Positions 56,255 to 64,000 of a DNA stretch of 64,000 nucleotides are shown here, one piece after another (the stretch's first letter is position 1; the number at the start of each line of letters is the position of its first letter). Both the position numbers and the translations under genes were made by a program. The notes beneath the pieces were generated by a model, which was not told where the DNA came from, did no database searches, and worked only from the letters and a program-made list of their open reading frames with translations. Source of the DNA: the human T2T-CHM13v2.0 reference genome, Homo sapiens; the NCBI RefSeq assembly GCF_009914755.1, contig NC_060940.1; one strand, 5' to 3'.

Positions 56255-57450
56255 TGTTTCGGGATCACTGGGGTGTTGCTTTTTCTGGCCAGAACCCTCT
56301 GTGGCCAGCGGCGACTTTGCCCAAGTTCGTGTCCTACATCTGGAAAGAATGAGGTATGCAGCCATGTGGTGGGTGAGCAAGGCAAAGACTAGCTTCATGA
56401 AGCATTCGAGCATCTCAGAGGAGACCCCCAGTGAGTAGCTCCTCTCTGTAGGCAGGTTGACTGGTTGAGTGTTCAGCTCTAAGCAGAGAAGGTAGCTCCT
56501 CCCTGCAGCTAGTCGTCCTGTTGTCTTCCCAGTTCTCAGCAGAGAGGGTAGCTCCTCTCTGCAGCTGGTCATCCTGTCGTCTTCCCAGTTCTCAGGAGAA
56601 ATGGTAGCTCCTCTCTGCAGCTGGTCATCCTGTCGTCTTCCCAGTTCTCAGGAGAGAGGGTAGCTCCTCCCTGCAGCTGGTCTTCCTGTCGTCTCTCCAT
56701 CTTCTGTCCTGCTCTGGCTGAGCCCAGGGGTTTTTATGGACCTCCGAGGGAAGGAAGTGCGTGCCCATTGGTCCATGGGTGGTCATGGGTGGGCCGTAGA
56801 CAGCACCACAAGTCCCCACTGTGGTCTGAGTATCTGGGAGCCCGGGCCCAGCCTTCAGGCCCTTCCTGGGGACCCTCCCCCTCTACACAGGAATCTTCCT
56901 GCCTCCTTTTGCAGTTCATGGTCCCTGGGGCTCTGCCCAGACTTTGCTCCAAGATCAGAGCAGGCGCCAAAAGCAGGAAGAAGCCAAGAAGTGGGAGCAG
57001 GCATTTCGGAGCATGCAAGAGCAGAGGGCTTTTCCTGGGGACCCCAAGAGTGCAGGGACGCCTGAGGCTGCAGCCCGCGGTTTGCGGGGCAGGGCTTCTG
57101 CCGGCTTCATGGAGCGAGAGGCCCGTGTCTTCAGCCGCGGTTTGGGTGGCTGCAGCCACGCCCGGGGAAGGCAGGGCTCCTTCCTGTTCCTTGACCTCCA
57201 AGAGCACAGAGTCCGAGCCCACTGCCCTGATTAGAGCAGCTGGAGCCGCCTGAGAGATCAGAGCTGCTGCCTGCTCCTGGCTCCCACCGGCTCCGTGGAG
57301 CATCAGCCCTCGCTGCCCCTCCTTGTGCTGCCCTTCGCAGCCTGATCCTCTCTGGGCCCTGACCGGTGTCCAGGGCAGGGGCGACATCTCCACAAGCTCC
57401 CCGCATTGCCCTGGTGCTCAGGGAGGTCCGGGCAGAGCTGATCACGACCC
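56255..57450 (-). mobile_element. MER52-type ERV1 LTR, GC-rich, with an internal 56-bp tandem repeat (5 copies, about 56430-56700)
   Basis: tgtttcgggatcactggggtgttgctttttctggccagaaccctctgtggcc...; GTAGCTCC recurs at 56435, 56492, 56548, 56604 and 56660. The right boundary is uncertain. Confidence 0.75.
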
Positions 57451-59359
57451 CGGCCGGTAGTCGGGAATGGCGGCCTCCGTGGTCACCCTGACATGCGGCC
57501 GAACCCTCGAGACGCGGCCTGAGCAGCCTGCACAGAACCTCCCAAGGCCCAGGAACCCCGCACCCTTGGCGGGGTGGGTACAGCGGCTGCTCCACTGCCC
57601 GGGTTTTCAAGGCGGTGCCACTTCCACTTCCCTCCCTGGAACCCCGAAGTTTGACATGGGGGCTCCTTTCTGCCTTGCTCTTCAGCTCCCCTTCCCCCGG
57701 AGTAGAGCCCCCCGTTTCCCCGGGTGATCCCTTCCACAGCTGCAGTGTTCTTCATCGGTGTCATCACCTTCCAGATCTGCTGCCCTGCTCTGCAGACTAA
57801 GGCTGTGATTCCATAAGAGAGGGGAGCTGCTTCCCAGTAGAACCTTGGTGGGGAGCTCTGTTCCCATCTCAATTCCTGAGGGGTTAAACCAGTGCATTTA
57901 GGATACTGGTTTTGGTGGTTTGCCCCTGTTGAGTAATTTCTTAGTTCTGTAGTGGGTGTAAGAGACTTGGCTCTGGAAGCATTTCAGGCGTGGGCTCTGA
58001 TACACCCCAGACAGACACTTTGGGAAGGGAAGATTTTTGTGACTATTCTCGTTATAAGGGAAAGACATTCAAAAGAATAGAAAAACTCTTCAGTATGTGG
58101 TTCCTGAGAATTTCTCACTAAAAACATGCTTATCACACTCGACTCAAAACAGTTCAATGTATATCAGTGTATTTTATCTTGTACTAGCCTATATTGCATT
58201 TGGTGAACTCTGCCTCAGTTCAGCTCACACCCTAACTTTGATTCTCCCTACAAGAACTTGTCTCTCTCTAGATTTCAGGTTTGTTGATTGTCTTAAAATT
58301 TCAATGATCTGAAGTATTAAAGACAATTTGCAAAAGTCCATTTTCTCTGATTAATTGTTATTGTTGATTTTATTCTTGTTGTAAAAAAAGAAATTCTCAT
58401 CTATATACATTTCAAATCTGAATAACAAAATTTTTATTAACACCAAAAATAATAAAAGAATCCAAATATTTTTCAGCTGCCTAATAGAAAAACAAATTAT
58501 GGTAACTTTGTTTACTGGAATGCTACCCATCATTCATAATAAAGGAATTACTGATATACACAATAAGAAGATTAAATTATCAAGTATTTAAATAGAGTAA
58601 AATAAGCCAAACAGATAAGAGTATATATGATTCTATTTTTAAAAATTCTGGAAAATGAAAACTGATCTAAAGTAATATAAAGAAGATTAGTAGTTGCCTG
58701 GGAATGTGTTGGCAGAAGGGAAGGAGAAAGGATAAGGAAATAGAAATAGGAAGTAGAAGGACAGAAAAGAAGTTGAGGGAATTTCACTTGTCCACCTTCT
58801 TTATAATGGTAATAGTTATGTCACGATTGTCAATTTTACACTTTAAATATGTAAAGTTTATAATCTGTCAATCAAATCTTATAAAATTTATTATCAGGAA
58901 ACAAGTTGAAAATTAGACAATGTAGGAGTGACAGAAAGATAGATACAAGTATGTTAAATGTCAGAAATACCTGAAAGTTACCTACCTGAACCCTAGTTCT
59001 CTCCATAGTTTAAGGTAAACAGGAGAGTGCAGCAAAATCACCCATATTCTGATTAGGCAGTGACTTCTGCAAACCACACTAGGCATGGCCAGCTCTGTCC
59101 TGGAGTTGGCTAAGGGAGGAGTCAGGGCCAGTGGTGAGAAGTGCAGGCCCAGACACCAGCACTCACCCATCCCAGACATGAGCTCTTAGATACACAGAGA
59201 GCCCATCCATGTGTGGGTTTACTTTTACATCTGTAAATAGATAACATTGACTCCTACAGAACATAATTTACACACATAGGTAAATCTGAAATAAGGTGAT
59301 CAGTGCAAAGATTTTATCACAGCACAGTTTCATAATAAGCACAATTACTCAAATCCCAT

Positions 59360-59589
59360 TGTTGTCACCCATCTTCCTCAGGACACTTTCATCTGCCCTG
59401 GGTCCTGCTCTCTCTTCAGGTGTCTCACCACAGAGCTTGCTATATAGTAGGAGATATGCAAATAGGGCCCTCACTCTGCTGAAGAAAACCAGCCCAGCCC
59501 TGACCCTGCACCTCTGGGAGAAGAGCCCCAGCCCTGGGATTCCCATGTGTTTCTACTTGCTGATCAGGACTGCACACAGAGAACTCACC
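59360..59589 (+). promoter_or_regulatory. VH3 promoter with an intact octamer, ATGCAAAT (59456-59463)
   Basis: gcttgctatatagtaggagatATGCAAATagggccc...ctgaagaaaaccagcccagcc. Confidence 0.92.
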
Positions 59590-60037
59590 ATGGAGTTTGG
59601 GCTGAGCTGGGTTTTCCTTGTTGCTATTTTAAAAGGTGACTGATGGAAAACTAGAGACATGGAGTGTGAATGGACATGAGTGAGATAAGCACTCTGGCAG
59701 TTTCTGACCAGGGTGTCTCCGTGTTTGCAGGTGTCCAGTGTGAGGTGCAGCTGGTGGAGTCTGGGGGAGGCTTAGTACAGCCTGGAGGGTCCCTGAGACT
59801 CTCCTGTGCAGCCTCTGGATTCACCTTCAGTAGCTACTGGATGCACTGGGTCCGCCAAGCTCCAGGGAAGGGGCTGGTGTGGGTCTCACGTATTAATAGT
59901 GATGGGAGTAGCACAAGCTACGCAGACTCCATGAAGGGCCAATTCACCATCTCCAGAGACAATGCTAAGAACACGCTGTATCTGCAAATGAACAGTCTGA
60001 GAGCTGAGGACATGGCTGTGTATTACTGTACTAGAGA
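59590..60037 (+). CDS. IGHV3OR16-13: Immunoglobulin heavy variable orphon, IGHV3-74-like, structurally intact; leader exon 59590-59635, V exon 59731-60037
   Basis: [121 protein letters not shown] sites, both Cys and the conserved Trp are intact. Name from recall. Confidence 0.92.
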
Positions 60038-60076
60038 CACAGTGAGGGGAAGTCAATGTGAGCCCAGACAAAAACC
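60038..60076 (+). other. Perfect-consensus 23-RSS
   Basis: CACAGTG + 23 bp + ACAAAAACC. Confidence 0.97.
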
Positions 60077-63000
60077 TCGCTGCAGGGGCATCTGAGACCA
60101 CGAGGGGGTGTCCTGGGCCCTATGAACTGGGCTGCTCTCCGTGGCAGGGGCTGGTGGTGCTAAAGGCTGATTTTCTCTCAGCATCTGGGGCTGATTCATC
60201 AAGTTTCCTCAGAGAACCTTTCAGATTTACAATTCTGTACTTACATTTAATGTCTCTGAATGTGACACTTTCCTTCCCTGGTGTGTCTTTGTTTTTGTGA
60301 CAGGAGGACACATTCTCACCTCCACAGAAGCCTGAGTGTCACTTTGGGGACAGAAGTGTCCCTGCCCTGGTCACCAGAATCAGAGTCCTGAGGAAGCCCA
60401 GGGGAACCTGGGAAGTGTTTTTCAGTCAGACTCAGGGCAGGAGTCTCTGTGGGAATCTCTGATTGGAACAGGCTTTGGGATTCAGATTGGGACCAAGAGG
60501 GAGGCTCGCCCAGGGCCTGGGTCCTTAGAATCCTGACAGTTTTCACAGTAACCCCATCGTCCTTTAAAACTGAACATCTGACTCAGAACTGATCCATTTG
60601 GTCCTTTCTCTGCTAATCCATTTTCCTTTTCTCTAGGCTTCAGTCTTACACTTCCCTTTTCACCTTTATTCTGAAAATGGAGGGTGTGCTTCCTGTGGTC
60701 TAAACCACAGGTCTCAGATGCATTACCTGGAACTCAGGTGTTGCTGTGGCTGTGGCTCCTAAGGACCTGGCAGGCTGAGGGATCTTTCTCATTTCCTGGT
60801 GCCTGGATGCCCCTGCTGTCTTCTATGCACAGATGCATTTGGGAAATGCAAGTGGACACTCATAGTCGTTTCCTCAAATGGGATACTGATGTAGAGCTGA
60901 TCTTCTGCTTCTCACCCTGTCACAGAGCCACCACCGTCTCTTGTGGACTTTTGGGAGAGCTGAGGATGGACACTTGATTGGGCTGTGAGCTCTGAACGAT
61001 GGCAATTGTGAGATCTGGCTAGGCACAGCCAGAGCCAATGGAGCTGGCCATCCGGAAAGACAGGATGGAATTCCTGGGAAGTCCTACAGCTGCTGTCCAC
61101 CATAGAGTTCCATTGTCTTCTCCTCTGCTAGGATTAAATCAGACCGACCAAGTTCATCTAGGACAATCTTCCTGACCTAGAGAAGTGATGACAGGCTTTA
61201 ATAATACCTGTATTATACATCAGAGCAACACCTAGATTAGTGTTTGATTGAATAACTGAGACTATGTCCCAGTCAAGATGACACACAAAATCAATTATTA
61301 CCATGATTAACATTTTACATTGATTAATATTTTAACACTAATATTAATCAATGCAATATTGATTTAATATTAATTAATATTTTATATTTGACAATAGAAT
61401 CAGACTTTGTTATAAATAATTTTGCAAAAATATGAGTATTATTATTGGTCTTCTGAGCAGAAATCTCCAGTAGCCGATTAAGTGTGCATGCATTGGTCGA
61501 AGGAGGGCATCCACTCTTTTGAGGGAAAATGCATGGAGGGTAAATGAGCCTGGGGAAGCTGATGGCATATGATGCAAGCCTGTCCCTGAGTGAAGGAGAG
61601 AGGGAGACAGGATTGGTTGGAACTTTCTTACATTTCTGTGCTGTGCAAAGAAAGTCCAGATTATCATTGAGTCTCCTGCAAGACAAAGTTGCCCCTCAGG
61701 AAACCCCCATCACTCCCAGCAATGACTCTGACCCAGATGAGTGCAAGGCTCACTCTATTCCTGAGAATGGAGCACAGGATATGGGATTTAGCATGAGCCA
61801 CGTCATGGACGTCAGAGAGCAGCAGCTGGGTGCATGATCCAAGTGTACGGTTCTGCCTGTAGGTGGAGGGAGGAAGGTGCATTCCCAGAGCTAACACACT
61901 GTGGATTTTTATACAGAATACATGTTTTCACCTGATTTATTGGAAGGCATATGAAAAAATGGGCAGTCCACAAACAATTGTAATTTCCAGATTTACCACA
62001 ATTGCATTATTTCTTCATTCTGCACGATGTCCGGGAACAGAGTTGCATTTTTCATGAGTATTGTTTCATGGATTGAGAACATGAATTTCACACCTGCACT
62101 TTTAGCCATGTGCAGAGACCTTGAGTAGAGCATGTCTGGACCTCATCTACACTATCTCTCATGCCCCAAGGGAAAGAGTGGAGACTTGACTGACAGCAAA
62201 CTTTGGGGAATTAATGAACGTTAATATTTTCTTATAGACTAATAAACATATTGGGCTAGAAGATCTACTCAATGGGAAAAGTAAGGTTTTAGTTATCCCT
62301 GTTGAAAGTTTTTTTTTTTTTTCATTTATTTTGCTGCATTTGAAAAGCTGGTGATCTTAACATTGCCTATATTTTTAATAATCTTAAGATTTTTTAGTTT
62401 TTATGTTTTGTTAGGGATCAGGCAATGGAAGATGCATATTTATAGATGAAACTTACAATATAAGGTAAATATTGACTTACTAATAGTTATGCGAGAATAT
62501 TTATTTGATCCCAATTTTATATAGTTGAGTGTGTGAAGTTGCAGGTCAAGATAACTTGGAGTTTCAACACCAAGTTTTATTCATGTGTTCATTCATGAAC
62601 AGGATGCCTCCAATGTGGAGAAATTTACAATGAATAAGCATGAATAGGACCTGGCCAGTGAGCTTTCAGTCTAGCAAGGAATGTAGAACAGGAACATAGC
62701 AACTCTAATCCAATGTAGAGAGAGAGACAATTTTAAATCCAATTGAAAAATAAATAGCTGTGTTAGACTGAGGCCATCAAATAAAGCTTCATGCAATAAG
62801 TAGCAATAGGTCTTCAAAGATGACAGTTTAGCAAAAGGCACAAAGATGAAAAGTGCAGAGCATTAAGTAGTGTATGGTTTAGTGTGCTGGAAATAACAGG
62901 TTGGACAAGAGTTGTGACTAGGATAAACAGCAAAAAGGATTTATGAGAGCCTGATGGCCACTAGTGACTGGGTAAGATGTGTACACTTTCTGTGCAGGAA

Positions 63001-63353
63001 AAGGGACAAAGCTTTTGAGCAGCAGAGAAACATGATCAGAGGGATGCATGAGGAAGGTCCTGAAAACCCTAATGAGTAATCTTGGTTAAACCATTGCACT
63101 ATAACTCAAGTTTTGCATGTATATACTATAATAGAAACAACATTTGTGCTCTTCCCATATGTAGAGAGGTCAAAAGAAAATCTGTTCATATAATCTTCCA
63201 AGCCAGTCACAAAGACTAAGACAAAACACTTACATAAATAAAATTCATAAGATGAATTTTAAAAGATGAAAGATAGTCAATACATTTTATTTTATAACTT
63301 GGAAATTTAAACTCCTGAAAATATACCTTAATTTAAAATACGGAGGAAAGGAA

Positions 63354-63979
63354 CAAAATCAATGTGCAAAAATCACAAGCATTCTTATACACCAATAACA
63401 GACGAACAGAGAGCCAAATCATGAGTGAACTCCCATTCACAATTGCTTCAAAGAGAATAAAATACCTAGGAATCCAACTTACAAGGGACGTGAAGGACCT
63501 CTTCAAAGAGAACTACAAACCACTGCTCAATGAAATAAAAGAGGACACAAACAAATGGAAGAACATTCCATGCTCATGGGGAGGAAGAATCAATATCGTG
63601 AAAATGGCCATACTGCCCAAGGTAATTTATAGATTCCAATGCCAACCCCATCAAGCTACCAATGACTTTCTTCACAGAATTGGAAAAAACTATTTTAAAG
63701 TTCATATGGAACAAAAAAGGGCCCGCATTGCCAAGTCACTCCTAAGCCAAAAGAACAAAGCTGGAGGCATCACGCTACCTGACTTCAAGCTGTGCTACAA
63801 GACTACAGTAACCAAAACAGCATGGTACTGGTACCAAAACAGAGATATAGACCAATGGAACAGAACAGAGCCCTCAGAAATAATGCCGCATATCTACAAC
63901 CATCTGATCTTTGACAAATCTGACAAATACAAGAAATGGGGAAATGATTCCGTATTTAATAAATGGTGCTGGAAAAACT
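63354..63979 (+). mobile_element. L1PA ORF2 internal fragment, frameshifted
   Basis: [12 protein letters not shown]...[41 protein letters not shown]...[16 protein letters not shown], with an out-of-frame stretch starting near 63636. Confidence 0.93.
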
Positions 63980-64000
63980 ATTATAATTGATAAAAAATTC

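Noticed and set aside
56183-57897. Cluster of 100-219 aa ORFs
   Set aside because: They lie in the GC-rich MER52-type LTR and its tandem repeat; no domain was recognised.
63364-63990. 208-aa ORF as an active reverse transcriptase
   Set aside because: An internal L1 ORF2 fragment with an out-of-frame segment and no promoter, ORF1 or complete RT domain.

Overview
Primate, almost certainly human, genomic DNA: a pericentromeric segmental-duplication mosaic with no intact conventional gene. The two VH3 translations match my recollection of the chromosome 16p11.2 orphons IGHV3OR16-12 and IGHV3OR16-13. The ENPP7 exon-1 copy is therefore probably ENPP7P13 (from memory, not searched). Order on the + strand: (1) ENPP7 promoter and exon 1, ending at an Alu; (2) a CpG-rich (GCC)n/T-tract tandem repeat fused to a disabled copy of KSR1 exon 1; (3) a 1.26-kb (GAAAT/GAT)n satellite with about 390-bp higher-order structure; (4) about 20 kb of AT-rich, retroelement-dense DNA; (5) an IGH-derived block from about 28 kb. 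The IGH block holds a VH3 cassette whose V gene is cleanly deleted, IGHV3OR16-12, a VH3 promoter cut off at its ATG and joined to an ADAM6-like pseudogene with only three visible lesions, an IGHV(III)-type pseudogene followed by about 21 tandem CTCF-motif-like units, and a structurally intact IGHV3OR16-13 with a perfect 23-RSS. I see no support for a new protein-coding system. The best leads are the amplified CTCF array, the empty V cassette, the ADAM6 copy, the KSR1 fragment and a speculative in-frame ENPP7-VH splice. Repeat subfamily names come from recalled consensus sequences and need RepeatMasker/Dfam confirmation.
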